Source: a virus (lineage: Duplodnaviria > Caudoviricetes). Taken from it: DNA of 64,000 nt. The stretch lies in the IMG/VR virus record IMGVR_UViG_3300011335_000604, positions 6,320 to 70,319 of that record. One strand, written 5' to 3'. Both the position numbers and the translations under genes were made by a program. Positions within the stretch are counted from its first letter, which is position 1. Each line of letters opens with the position of its first letter. This document shows, one piece after another, positions 37,935 to 47,072 of the stretch. The notes beneath the pieces are model-generated. The model was given only the letters and a program-made list of their open reading frames with translations, did no database searches and had not been told where the DNA came from.

Positions 37935-40397
37935 TCATTCTACGTCAAACATTGCGAAGCCGCCTTTTATCTCTATTGGTTGATAAACTTCCTTGTAAAG
38001 GTCTGGCATTCTGCTCTTTATGGCTCTCATGCACCAACCTGTTGCGGCACACAAGTCATGGTTAGTCAAGTCATCGAGACCCCTCATCTGACTCCACTCC
38101 TCGATTATCTCCCACATTTTCACGTACTTAACATTGTTGTTGAAGTAGGTCATGATGTCTCCAGCCATTTCGTTTTTCTCGGCTTCTCCTGCCCAAACCC
38201 CCGCACGCACGTCTTGCTTTCCATCAGACCCCAAATCCTTCAAAAGGTAACCGTCAAACCCGTTATCCCTAAAGTATTCCACCAAGGCTTCTCCGTCGGG
38301 CCATTCCGGGTAGACATATGCCCCAAGGAATATGGCCGCCTTTAACCACTCCTCGTGATACTCTGACTTATCCTCCGTCTGCCTGTTGTAGATCAGAATC
38401 CAGTCGTTACTTACCCACTCGCTCCTTGGCTTGGTGTCTGGGTCCACCTGGCTGTCTCGTTTGTAAAATACAGCGGCAGCAGCGTTTGACTTCTTCTTAC
38501 CCACCGTGTTTCGTTTGTGGAACTTTACCGGGTCACAGCAAAGGAAGTACTTGTTCATCACCGACGGGTCGGGGGCATAAATTGGTCCCCTTTCTTTTGG
38601 GGGGATGTAACCCTCTTCGGCCGTAACAACTGTTCGCCTGTTTCTTTGTTCTTGTGGCGGAAGGTAGGTCATGGTCCAACTTCCCTTGGGATCGTTGTCC
38701 ACATACACATCCCCACCAAACTTGTCACCCATCCACTTGAAGTTTATCTTGGTGCTGATTGGTGTTCGTGAAAACTTGAGTTCCGATATACGGTCACGCA
38801 TCTTCTCGATAGGCATACCCATGTCTTTTGGAATCACAGCAAATGCCTGTTTCCAGCTCATTGGGAAGTTCTGCTGCAACTTAATCAGCTTCTGCCACTC
38901 ACGCTTACGTTCAAAGTAGTCTGCCTGGTTTAGCAGGTACGACTTGGCGCCCTTGGTGATCCACTTGCCCTCGTTCGACATTACCGGTTCCTTGGGGTCA
39001 TCAATGATGCTTGCGCCGTACTCGTCAATGTATCCCTCCACGGCATAGTACCCGGGCAGGAAGAAGTTGATGAGTCCGGACGGCGTAGTCCCGTTCTCGT
39101 TGCGGTCAGAAAAGTGAGAATCGTTTGCAATGTCAAAGAACTGCGCCCCACCCCCCGTGTCCATGTCACCCACTGTAGACGGCATGATGCAGAACCCTCG
39201 GATGTTCTCCCCACGCTCAATGGCGGGCTTCATCGTGTTGTACCACCACGTCGGAATGTTTTGGTCCGCTGCCTTCGCATCCGTCTTCTTCGCCGGCTCG
39301 TCACGATAAACAAATGCGATTTCCGCCTCACCGTCCGCCGCCTTTTCCGTCGACGGTAGTGGCGTAATGAAGCATTCCATTTGTTCGGGGACGATTCCAG
39401 CCCTTGCTGCTGACGCGATTGCTCCTTCATATTGGAAACGCAAACCCTCCTTTGCCTCTATTCGACCACGATAGTGTGGACGGAAAAAGAAAGGAAGTTT
39501 GCTTACAGGTGTTTGAATTTGCTTGATAAATATCTTGTTGACCGCCTGGTCCTCGTTCATCGCCTGGATGATAAAGGTCTGGTCGGGCATATTGAGCGTC
39601 CCCCACGTGCAGAAGCAACAAGCAATAGCTGTCTTGGCGATACGACGACCGGAAACAAAGTTAATCCCGTGAACGGTTCTCTTTCCCTTGCCAACAGTTA
39701 CGTTTACGTTGGGCTCCATGAAGTACTCAACCCCCATCTCGTTCATATCCTCCACCACGTTTTTCACGTCCTGGTTTGAGTACTTTGTCTTGACCACTCC
39801 GTCCTCACGGTACAATATCTTGTGCTTATAGAACGCGTCCTCTGTGCTGTAGGCGTACATGAACAGGTGGAACATCTTACGTTGGTAGTCCCTGTAGTCT
39901 GGTCGGTTGTTGTTTTTACCAAAGTTCTTTACAGTCCAGAAGTTTAGGAAGAAGTAGTTGGCGCCATTTAAGTATACCGGCTTTCCTTTAATGAAACACC
40001 AGTAGCCCACGTATCTGCGCTTTATTTGGAGCTTGATCCACTCAATCTCCATGGCGTAGTACTTCTGGTTGGACTCAACCTCCTCGTAGATGTCTTCAAG
40101 ACGGACGTCTCCTACCTCCTTGTACTTTGACTTGTTGGTAGCGTGTTTTTTATTGAACACGACCTCGTAAATCAACTTTATCTTCTCCGGAATCTCTTGG
40201 TATTGAAACTTTTGGTCTTTTGGGGCAATCCCATAACCGTCCACGTATGTGAGCGCCTCTTCCCTTGTAACCTCTCGCTTCAGATGGTGGGAGTACCACT
40301 TCTCGAGACGAGGAAGTGGAATACGGATCGTATCCAACTCGTCGTCATCCTCGTGAAAGGAAACGAACTCATCTTCCTCTAAATATTCGTACTTCAT
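37935..40397 (-). CDS. terL: Terminase large subunit (820 aa)
   Basis: ATPase motifs SGRRIAKT and FVYRDEPAK, nuclease LCCDP and late D residues; YLNGANYFFLNF and RDYQRKMFH segments typical of crAss-like TerL. Confidence 0.85.
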   Translation of the reverse strand: MKYEYLEEDEFVSFHEDDDELDTIRIPLPRLEKWYSHHLKREVTREEALTYVDGYGIAPKDQKFQYQEIPEKIKLIYEVVFNKKHATNKSKYKEVGDVRLEDIYEEVESNQKYYAMEIEWIKLQIKRRYVGYWCFIKGKPVYLNGANYFFLNFWTVKNFGKNNNRPDYRDYQRKMFHLFMYAYSTEDAFYKHKILYREDGVVKTKYSNQDVKNVVEDMNEMGVEYFMEPNVNVTVGKGKRTVHGINFVSGRRIAKTAIACCFCTWGTLNMPDQTFIIQAMNEDQAVNKIFIKQIQTPVSKLPFFFRPHYRGRIEAKEGLRFQYEGAIASAARAGIVPEQMECFITPLPSTEKAADGEAEIAFVYRDEPAKKTDAKAADQNIPTWWYNTMKPAIERGENIRGFCIMPSTVGDMDTGGGAQFFDIANDSHFSDRNENGTTPSGLINFFLPGYYAVEGYIDEYGASIIDDPKEPVMSNEGKWITKGAKSYLLNQADYFERKREWQKLIKLQQNFPMSWKQAFAVIPKDMGMPIEKMRDRISELKFSRTPISTKINFKWMGDKFGGDVYVDNDPKGSWTMTYLPPQEQRNRRTVVTAEEGYIPPKERGPIYAPDPSVMNKYFLCCDPVKFHKRNTVGKKKSNAAAAVFYKRDSQVDPDTKPRSEWVSNDWILIYNRQTEDKSEYHEEWLKAAIFLGAYVYPEWPDGEALVEYFRDNGFDGYLLKDLGSDGKQDVRAGVWAGEAEKNEMAGDIMTYFNNNVKYVKMWEIIEEWSQMRGLDDLTNHDLCAATGWCMRAIKSRMPDLYKEVYQPIEIKGGFAMFDVE

Positions 40398-40408
40398 GGT
40401 ATAATACT

Positions 40409-41062
40409 TTATGGTATAACCTCCGGGAATATTTCCTTCTTCTCACGCCACACCCGCGCATAGTGTTCGGGTTGGATGCCAAGGTTCTCAGCACGTACAG
40501 AGAAGGTAATTGCCTTCTGTAGCGTGATGCTAACCTCGTCGTTCATTATCCTGCTACGGGCATCCACAAGGGTCTGCCTCCAACTCTCAAGTCCCGCTTG
40601 AAAGTTCTTGTCGTCATTGGACCTGTCCACAGGCTGGGTCAACAGCGCACGTTGCAGGGCGGCTATCCGGATGTCGGCCGTACACATAATCGAGTAGTCC
40701 TCCGAGCATTGAAGGCGCGTGAACGTGATGTAACGCTCCACCGCCCAGTCCACATTCATCATGCAGAGCTGGGCGTACCCATTGTCTGGATCCGTGTCAT
40801 CAACCATAATGTTCAGCTTGTTCAAAGTGTATCGTTTGCGCTGGTTGATGTCCGGATACGCATCCTTAACGGGTGTACCTGGAGCGAACATATATATGAG
40901 ATATCGAACAACCTTGTCGGCGCTAACCCCCTCTGGAAGGTCGTCAGACCTGTCAAGAATATGGGCTTGGCTGGCCAGGTCCGAGAAACGGTAAGCTACC
41001 GCCTCGTCATCCGGGATGCCTTCAATGTTGTAGGATATTTTACTAAAGTCTAATTTTATCAT
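40409..41062 (-). CDS. Terminase small subunit candidate (217 aa)
   Basis: Immediately upstream of TerL, helical; no motif recognised. Confidence 0.4.
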   Translation of the reverse strand: MIKLDFSKISYNIEGIPDDEAVAYRFSDLASQAHILDRSDDLPEGVSADKVVRYLIYMFAPGTPVKDAYPDINQRKRYTLNKLNIMVDDTDPDNGYAQLCMMNVDWAVERYITFTRLQCSEDYSIMCTADIRIAALQRALLTQPVDRSNDDKNFQAGLESWRQTLVDARSRIMNDEVSITLQKAITFSVRAENLGIQPEHYARVWREKKEIFPEVIP

Positions 41063-41862
41063 CTTTCGTAAGCCATTATAACCCGTGGCTGGAAACGGAC
41101 ATACTCTGTTGTCTTAGCAAGCGTAGGGTCTAGCTTGGTGGCAAATATGTTTCTGACACAAACAACATCTCCCTTCTTAACCTCGGTATTGGTCCACACC
41201 TCTGGGCTTGCGTATTTAGGCACCCTTGCGTTTGGGACAACTACTTCGACCCTACATATGTCGTTGTCTGGAATATAAACGGAGCCATATTTTCTCTCGT
41301 TTCCAAGCAGTTTGCCTATAATGTATCCATTCAGACTAAAGATCTCATCACCACGCTTGGCCGCATAAATAGACTTCTTTGAAATTGTCAAATAAACCTT
41401 ACCGTCAATAATGCACCCTCCCTCTCCTTCTGTAATCATCTCGCGTGTAAACGTGGCATCAAACCAAACGTCATCCCCTTCTACGGCATCGAACTCGCAA
41501 TCGTAATCCCATCCTTGATAAGACAGATCTTTTACGGCTATTCTTACAATCTTGCCACGCCTTACCGCCTGCTTGTCTTGTATGTTTTCTTTGTCTGGGT
41601 CATGCTCTCTTTTTGCTTCGTTGCCCATCACCTCATACTCCTTTAAAAGCTGCTTGTCCTTGTATCCGGATTTTTTCAATGCCTTTACAATGCCAACCAT
41701 TTCATCGTCATCCACCTCGGAAATATAGTTTTTAATCTTGTTTACGATCTTCAGCTTGCCCCCATTAAAGTCAATCTCGTCCTCGGTCAAGGAATGAAGT
41801 TCAATAATACACTCGCCGTTAATTAAACGAATTTTGTTTAGGTCTATTCCGCTCAGATTCAT
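41059..41862 (-). CDS. Tandem GroES-like co-chaperonin (267 aa)
   Basis: Two GroES-like units: RRGKIVRI...AVEGDDVWF and LNGYIIGK...GSVYIP...VKKGDVV...RVIMAYE. Confidence 0.55.
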   Translation of the reverse strand: MNLSGIDLNKIRLINGECIIELHSLTEDEIDFNGGKLKIVNKIKNYISEVDDDEMVGIVKALKKSGYKDKQLLKEYEVMGNEAKREHDPDKENIQDKQAVRRGKIVRIAVKDLSYQGWDYDCEFDAVEGDDVWFDATFTREMITEGEGGCIIDGKVYLTISKKSIYAAKRGDEIFSLNGYIIGKLLGNERKYGSVYIPDNDICRVEVVVPNARVPKYASPEVWTNTEVKKGDVVCVRNIFATKLDPTLAKTTEYVRFQPRVIMAYER

Positions 41863-42116
41863 TGTGATAGCATTTTGTTTTTGTAGATCTCAAACAATTT
41901 CTTTTGGGTCTCAAAATTCTTTTTACCCACAGGCATCTTCCTTTTTATCTTGTTTACACCGCGACGCAAAGAGGAGTATGTCCCAAACAGATTTACGGCG
42001 TCCCAGTCTCCCATCAGTCGCTCAATCTGTTTCATATCCGTTTCCTCTCTATCGATGTAGTATTCATACACCTCTATGATTTTGAGGTAGTTATTTTTTG
42101 TCTTTGTCCTTATCAT
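41859..42116 (-). CDS. Hypothetical protein (85 aa)
   Basis: Coupled ORF in the operon. Confidence 0.55.
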   Translation of the reverse strand: MIRTKTKNNYLKIIEVYEYYIDREETDMKQIERLMGDWDAVNLFGTYSSLRRGVNKIKRKMPVGKKNFETQKKLFEIYKNKMLSQ

Positions 42117-42393
42117 AGTGCTCCTTCAGTTTTTGAAAGTATACAGAGCGACGTATCCTAGTCTCGACCTGCGTCTTGGTCATGTCACTTAAAGTTTCCT
42201 TGTACCTAAATATCGCCTTCTCAACCTGGTCCAACTCGTCAGAGGTTATGGCCGGGTTGCAATACAGCAGACTTCGGCGAGCAGAGGTGGCCATGGGTGT
42301 AAATATCTTCATCACCTCATAGATCTCGATCTTGTCTTCTATCATCTGGTTAAGCATGGCTACCGCCCTCTTCCAGTTCTGTACGTTACTCAT
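42091..42393 (-). CDS. Hypothetical protein (100 aa)
   Basis: Coupled ORF in the operon. Confidence 0.6.
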   Translation of the reverse strand: MSNVQNWKRAVAMLNQMIEDKIEIYEVMKIFTPMATSARRSLLYCNPAITSDELDQVEKAIFRYKETLSDMTKTQVETRIRRSVYFQKLKEHYDKDKDKK

Positions 42394-42601
42394 ACACCAT
42401 CACGATATATCGCTGATGCACAGAGTATTCTGTAACATCTTGCAGTTCAACCTTGTCTATCTTTCCAACAATGCAAACGCGTTGGCCAACTTGAAAATCA
42501 CAAAAGTTTCCAACGCTGGTTATCACGGCGTCAATTTGATTGTTTTTTCTGTCTTGTATTTCAACAAATACCCGGTGGTCGGGAGGAAATAACTTACTCA
42601 T
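42386..42601 (-). CDS. Minimal GroES-like protein (71 aa)
   Basis: PPDHRVFVE / AVITSVG / FQVGQRV / YIVMVYE align to GroES PLHDRVIVK / GEVLAVG / VKVGDIV / ILAIVE; mobile loop absent. Confidence 0.55.
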   Translation of the reverse strand: MSKLFPPDHRVFVEIQDRKNNQIDAVITSVGNFCDFQVGQRVCIVGKIDKVELQDVTEYSVHQRYIVMVYE

Positions 42602-42605
42602 GCCG

Positions 42606-42673
42606 CAAATATACTCAAAAACAACACAGTGTCAAGTTCTTGCTTGGAAATAAGACTAAACAGCGTAAATTTG
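42606..42673. promoter_or_regulatory. Divergent promoter pair separating late (minus) and replication (plus) arms
   Basis: Minus TTG(42635-33)-N19-TATATTTG(42613-06); plus TTG(42644-46)-N19-TAAATTTG(42666-73). Confidence 0.7.
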
Positions 42674-42677
42674 CTCT

Positions 42678-42869
42678 ATGTTTATCGTTTCAATCCTGTT
42701 GGTTATATCATCCCTTGCGTTCATGATCAAGAACTCCATATACGGCTGTGGCAAAAGATGTTACAAGACTCGAAAGGAGGCACAGGAACACTGTGACTAC
42801 GACCAGCAGGTCTATATGTGCTGGGACTGTGAAACCTGGCACATAAAAAATAACGAAGAAAATACTTGA
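42678..42869 (+). CDS. Small membrane-anchored Zn-ribbon-like protein
   Basis: N-terminal TM segment, then CGKRCY...YMCWDCETWH. Confidence 0.55.
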   Translation: MFIVSILLVISSLAFMIKNSIYGCGKRCYKTRKEAQEHCDYDQQVYMCWDCETWHIKNNEENT

Positions 42870-43010
42870 CAACCTCGCGTGGTTGTTTTATGTTTGCCCA
42901 ATATTTCACTCCTCGTTTGCTAAAGAACCACAGTAAACGAGGGTTGGAAGGTAATGAATTGCTCTTACCAACCCAAAGGCTCGCAAAGTGGTTCTTGCGA
43001 GCTTTTTTTA
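42866..43010 (+). promoter_or_regulatory. Promoter plus three-hairpin attenuator-like leader of the initiator gene
   Basis: TTG-N20-TATGTTTG (42889-96); hairpins 42911-42942, 42941-42974, 42979-43002 plus T7; loop1/loop3 complementarity. Confidence 0.65.
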
Positions 43011-43014
43011 TTTT

Positions 43015-43671
43015 ATGAACACAGGACAGATAGTTAAAACGAGGAACGTCCCATACGCGATGGTTCCCTCGGAATTTCTTAGAAGCAAGTCTGTAAGCCT
43101 AAAGGCTAAAGGACTTTTATCGTTTTTGTTATCCCTGCCCACGGACTGGGTGATATACAAAAGTAAACTTACCGATTATTTTTTAGACGGAAAGGATTCA
43201 ATATCAAGCGCTTGGGATGAGTTGGAGGCCTTGGGTTACATACACTCTGTCCGCATTGTCGAAGGAAACGGCTTGTCAAGGGGTTTCAATTACGTCGTGT
43301 ATTACGAGCCTACGGAAAGCGGGTTACCGGAAAGCGGATTAACGGAAAGCGGAAAACCCGATATCCGAAAACCCGCCACTACATATATAGATAATACAAA
43401 GAAAGAAATAACATACAAATACTCTTTCGAGCTTTTTTGGTTGGGGTATGACAAAAAAGTAGACAAGAAACAAGCCCTTGCTGTTTGGAACAAACTATCT
43501 GAAGAGGACCGGATATTAGCCGTGGAAGGCATGGGTAACCACAAGAATGGGCGCGAGCGAAAATATTGGAAGGACCCGGTAAGATACCTTCGCGACAGGA
43601 GATGGGAAGACGAAACACAAACGAAAACAACAAAACAAACACCTATTCAAGATGACAGCAATACATGGTAA
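43015..43671 (+). CDS. Replication initiator (lambda-O-like architecture: N-terminal HTH, C-terminal DnaD-like domain)
   Basis: YAMVPSEFLRSKSVSLKAKGLLSFLLSLPTDW; FELFWLGYDKKVDKKQA...YLRDRRWEDE. ATG 43015 preferred over GTG 42988, which lies inside the leader hairpin. Confidence 0.75.
   Translation: MNTGQIVKTRNVPYAMVPSEFLRSKSVSLKAKGLLSFLLSLPTDWVIYKSKLTDYFLDGKDSISSAWDELEALGYIHSVRIVEGNGLSRGFNYVVYYEPTESGLPESGLTESGKPDIRKPATTYIDNTKKEITYKYSFELFWLGYDKKVDKKQALAVWNKLSEEDRILAVEGMGNHKNGRERKYWKDPVRYLRDRRWEDETQTKTTKQTPIQDDSNTW
43311..43420 (+). repeat. Intragenic iterons plus AT-rich tract (putative origin)
   Basis: CGGAAAGCGG three times at 15-bp spacing, then two AAAACCCG, then an AT-rich run; the arrangement of lambdoid ori inside O. 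Confidence 0.65.
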
Positions 43672-45592
43672 GGTATCAATCTACAAAGACTTCAACGACC
43701 TGCAAGGACACCAGGTTACTGTGCTGGGCGCACTTGAACGAATTCGGACTGGAAAGTCAAAGGTACTTGTCCAGCAGGCGCGGGAAGCCAAGACCAAGAA
43801 AGAGGCCGACGAGTTAAAAAAGAAATTACCTGCGGTTTGTTTCAGTGGCGTTTTCAATAAGCGCAAGGACTCTGAGCTTGTTGAACACTCCGGGTACATC
43901 GTGCTTGATTTCGATAATGTCCCAAATATCACCCAAAAGAGAAACGAATTGTCACTTATAAGTTACATTACAGCTGTTTGGGTATCGCCTTCCGGAAAGG
44001 GGCTGAAGGCTTTGGTCGAAATTGAGTGGAAAACCAAACATAAAGAGCATTTTGATGCCTTAATGGTGGAATTTCCAGACATCGACAAGACGGGTAGGAA
44101 CGTTTCTCGTCTCTGCTTTGAGTCGTATGATTCCGACCTGTACTACAATCCAAGCGCGGATGTTTATTCCAAATTACCGGTGAAAAAGGAGGACCGCAGG
44201 TTGCCACAAAGCACAACCACGGAAACCATTAACGACGACGACAAGATTTTTAACAACCTCTTGACATGGATGACGTCCAAGGGTGACGCGTTCCGCGAGG
44301 GTGAAAGGAACCACTTCGTCTTCAAGTTGGCCGCAAGCTGCTGCCGGTTTGGGATGCTTGAGGAGACCTGCTACAACATGATGATGACATACGTTGTCCC
44401 CGACGCTAGTTTCAGTCAACGAGAGTGCAGACAGGCTATTCGTAGCGCGTATAGGGCCAACATGAACCAGTGGAACACAGCCGAGTTCACCAAGGACCAG
44501 TTGGTTAGCAAGAGTAACCGACTGGAGGTTGACATCGTAATCTCCGCAGAAGATGCGGCGAATATTGCGGCGAATGACGTGATTTATGCGGAGGAGGTTA
44601 TAGAACAGGCGTCCGACATTTACCTCCACGGGTACAGGGCAGCTCAACCGTTAGGGGTCCCACAACTTGACAAACACTTCAAACGCGTCAAGGGTGACTT
44701 AACAATTGTTTCCGGAATTGGAAACTATGGCAAGTCCTCGTTTATGAAGTGGGAGATGATATTCCGCATAGTCAGATTTGGAGAGAAGGTCGCCATCTTT
44801 ACTCCAGAGGAATTACCTGCTGAGCAGTTCTACCATGACCTTGTGGAGATCTACTTTGGGAAGGACTGTACACCCAATAACCCCAATCGTCCGTCATACG
44901 ACACGTACATGAAGGTGTACAAGATGGTTGGGGAACACATCTTCATGGTGTACCCCAAGAGTGTAAGCCCTACCCCCGAATACGTCAAGGAGGTGTTCCT
45001 TACCCTCATCGTCAAGCACGGAGTGGAACGAGTTGTCATCGACCCGTTCAACCAGATGGCCAACGACTACACCAAGGGCGGTGGACGCAGCGACAAGTAT
45101 TTGGAGACGTTCCTGTCCGACTGCACCCGGTTCGCACGAAAGAACAACGTATACTTCGACATCGTGGTCCACCCGCACAAGATGCGAAAGGGGGACGACG
45201 GAAACTACCCGTGCCCGGAGGTGTTTGACCTTGCAGACGGTGCGATGTGGAACAACAAGGCCGACAACATCCTCATATACCACCGCCCGTTTGCTCAGAC
45301 CGCCCCAGAAAGCCCTATCTGTGAGTTTCACAGTAAGAAGATCCGCCGGCAAAAGATCGTGGGCATAAAGGGCTTCTTTGAGTTCCAGCTACAGAGGAAC
45401 ACTCGTAGGTTTACCTTTGACAACGTTGACTACCTGCAACAGGCCATTGACGGCAGGTACGTACAGGCCACAATGGAGGAACCAAAGCCGTCGGTTATTA
45501 AGCCAAACAGGAGTTGGACGGATTCCAAAGAGGTGAAGGAATGGAACGAAGACGTCGGGCACCCTAACGGGTATAAGGAGGCTTGGGAATGA
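43652..45592 (+). CDS. Primase-helicase: BT4734/VirE-N-like primase, PriCT-like domain, SF4 (Twinkle/DnaB-like) helicase
   Basis: KKKLPAVCFSG, GYIVLDFD, VSPSGKGLK, SRLCFESYD; EGERNHFVFKLA; SGIGNYGKSS (Walker A), VVIDPFN, VVHPHK, WNNKADN. Confidence 0.8.
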   Translation: MTAIHGKVSIYKDFNDLQGHQVTVLGALERIRTGKSKVLVQQAREAKTKKEADELKKKLPAVCFSGVFNKRKDSELVEHSGYIVLDFDNVPNITQKRNELSLISYITAVWVSPSGKGLKALVEIEWKTKHKEHFDALMVEFPDIDKTGRNVSRLCFESYDSDLYYNPSADVYSKLPVKKEDRRLPQSTTTETINDDDKIFNNLLTWMTSKGDAFREGERNHFVFKLAASCCRFGMLEETCYNMMMTYVVPDASFSQRECRQAIRSAYRANMNQWNTAEFTKDQLVSKSNRLEVDIVISAEDAANIAANDVIYAEEVIEQASDIYLHGYRAAQPLGVPQLDKHFKRVKGDLTIVSGIGNYGKSSFMKWEMIFRIVRFGEKVAIFTPEELPAEQFYHDLVEIYFGKDCTPNNPNRPSYDTYMKVYKMVGEHIFMVYPKSVSPTPEYVKEVFLTLIVKHGVERVVIDPFNQMANDYTKGGGRSDKYLETFLSDCTRFARKNNVYFDIVVHPHKMRKGDDGNYPCPEVFDLADGAMWNNKADNILIYHRPFAQTAPESPICEFHSKKIRRQKIVGIKGFFEFQLQRNTRRFTFDNVDYLQQAIDGRYVQATMEEPKPSVIKPNRSWTDSKEVKEWNEDVGHPNGYKEAWE

Positions 45593-45633
45593 CGAAAAAT
45601 GACAACTAGGGTATAATTTTAACTATTTTTTTC

Positions 45634-45664
45634 TTGCACTAAAGCAACACATATGCTACATTTG
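45634..45664 (+). promoter_or_regulatory. Bacteroidota promoter
   Basis: TTG-N20-TACATTTG. Confidence 0.7.
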
Positions 45665-45697
45665 CAGATATAACCAATTAATTAATCAAAAAAATCT

Positions 45698-46330
45698 ATG
45701 GGATTAAATCAAGGTGGTTCATCAAACCGTACTTACCTTAGTATTTCTAACGGTAAGATTGCCAAGCGTGTCGCAGAAGGCACAGCCGGCTCAATCAAGT
45801 GTAACAGTAAAGACGGCACCAAGGTTTGGTTCGAGGAGCGCTACACGTCTCTTTCGGGCTACATCACGGACGTGTTCAAGCGCGTGTCCGAACAGGGTTA
45901 CGGCGACCAGCTGTGCGTTGTTCTAAAGGACGGCGACAACGAGTACCAGATCCAGATGCCGTGGAGTTCACGCTACTCTTCTGGATTCTTTTTGTCAATG
46001 CCTAACATCGACGCCGGCAAGGAGATTACCCTTACCCCGTGGTCAAAAGAAATTGACGGCAAGACTCGCACAATGTTGTATCTCCGCCATGGGCAGGAGG
46101 ACATCAAGTGGGGCTGGACCAAGGACAACCCCGGCAACATGCCGGAAATGAAGCAGATCAAGGTAAAGGGACAGGTTGTGTGGGACGACTCAGAGCGCCA
46201 AGAGTTCTTTGAGAAGCACCTCAACGACATCTTCCTGCCACAAATTAAGTTGGTGGGGGCTGTAAAAAAACTAGACTCTCACGCTCCGTCTTTGCCAAAC
46301 GATTTTGACGACGACGGTTTACCATTCTAA
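45698..46330 (+). CDS. Single-stranded DNA-binding protein
   Basis: OB-like beta pattern and acidic C-terminal DDDGLPF tail. Confidence 0.7.
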   Translation: MGLNQGGSSNRTYLSISNGKIAKRVAEGTAGSIKCNSKDGTKVWFEERYTSLSGYITDVFKRVSEQGYGDQLCVVLKDGDNEYQIQMPWSSRYSSGFFLSMPNIDAGKEITLTPWSKEIDGKTRTMLYLRHGQEDIKWGWTKDNPGNMPEMKQIKVKGQVVWDDSERQEFFEKHLNDIFLPQIKLVGAVKKLDSHAPSLPNDFDDDGLPF

Positions 46331-46396
46331 CCTTAACCAGAAGTCGTGGCGGTGGATAAATGCAAGCGAAGCCGCCACGGCTTTAACCTAAACGAA

Positions 46397-46882
46397 ATGA
46401 GATACACATTCAAAGACCTGGTAGACATGGTGCCCACATCCCGTAGGGCTGAGTTTACCAAAATATACGAGTACCTACACAAGGTAGACGACGCACAAGA
46501 AAACGAGCTACTTGAAAAGGTGGGCAGGCACTTTAGCGTTCCCGTGGCGTCAATAAAGGGAGACAAAAAGATTAGAGACGTTGTACTCGCCCGGCAGATG
46601 TTTATGACCACTGTAAAGGTGTGCAGCACAAAAAGCCTTGCCGAGGTTGCTAGGCTTATTGACAAGGACCACGCAACGGTATGTCACGCGCTGAAGACCA
46701 TGAAGGCCGACTACGAATACAACGCCGTACGTCGCAACCAGATACGTCACTTTATTGCCGACCTACAGCCATCACAACAAGAACTATTATTAGACTTTTT
46801 CAATGAACGGAATCCCAATATCCTTGCCGCCTACGCCGTCCAACCGGAGCGAGTTACAGCACCTGCGCAAGCTGAGGCATAA
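46397..46882 (+). CDS. DnaA domain-IV (C-terminal HTH) protein
   Basis: KVGRHFSV...RDVVLARQMFM...SLAEVARLIDKDHATVCHA matches the Bac_DnaA_C pattern; ATG 46397 has the typical leader. Confidence 0.75.
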   Translation: MRYTFKDLVDMVPTSRRAEFTKIYEYLHKVDDAQENELLEKVGRHFSVPVASIKGDKKIRDVVLARQMFMTTVKVCSTKSLAEVARLIDKDHATVCHALKTMKADYEYNAVRRNQIRHFIADLQPSQQELLLDFFNERNPNILAAYAVQPERVTAPAQAEA

Positions 46883-47072
46883 GATACTTAAAGAGGATGC
46901 CAAGTACCCCAAAAAAAAGGGTGTGTACAAACCCCCGGGTAAGTACAGGAGAGATTATTTCCTTATGAGGCTAGTAAACAAAAGATTATACGAAATAACG
47001 GGTAACGATATGTACCTTTGGCTTAGTGGAGATTACAACGAACTTAAAAAAATAGAAGATGGGCAGAATTGA
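46803..47072 (+). CDS. Hypothetical basic protein (start uncertain)
   Basis: ORF track; coupled to the next gene. Confidence 0.45.
   Translation: MNGIPISLPPTPSNRSELQHLRKLRHKILKEDAKYPKKKGVYKPPGKYRRDYFLMRLVNKRLYEITGNDMYLWLSGDYNELKKIEDGQN

Noticed and set aside
144-42600. Numerous long plus-strand ORFs opposite virion genes (e.g. 9391-10176, 13150-13941, 7492-8130)
   Set aside because: Shadow ORFs from codon bias: Ser/Leu/Phe-rich, no leaders, fully overlapping well-supported minus-strand genes
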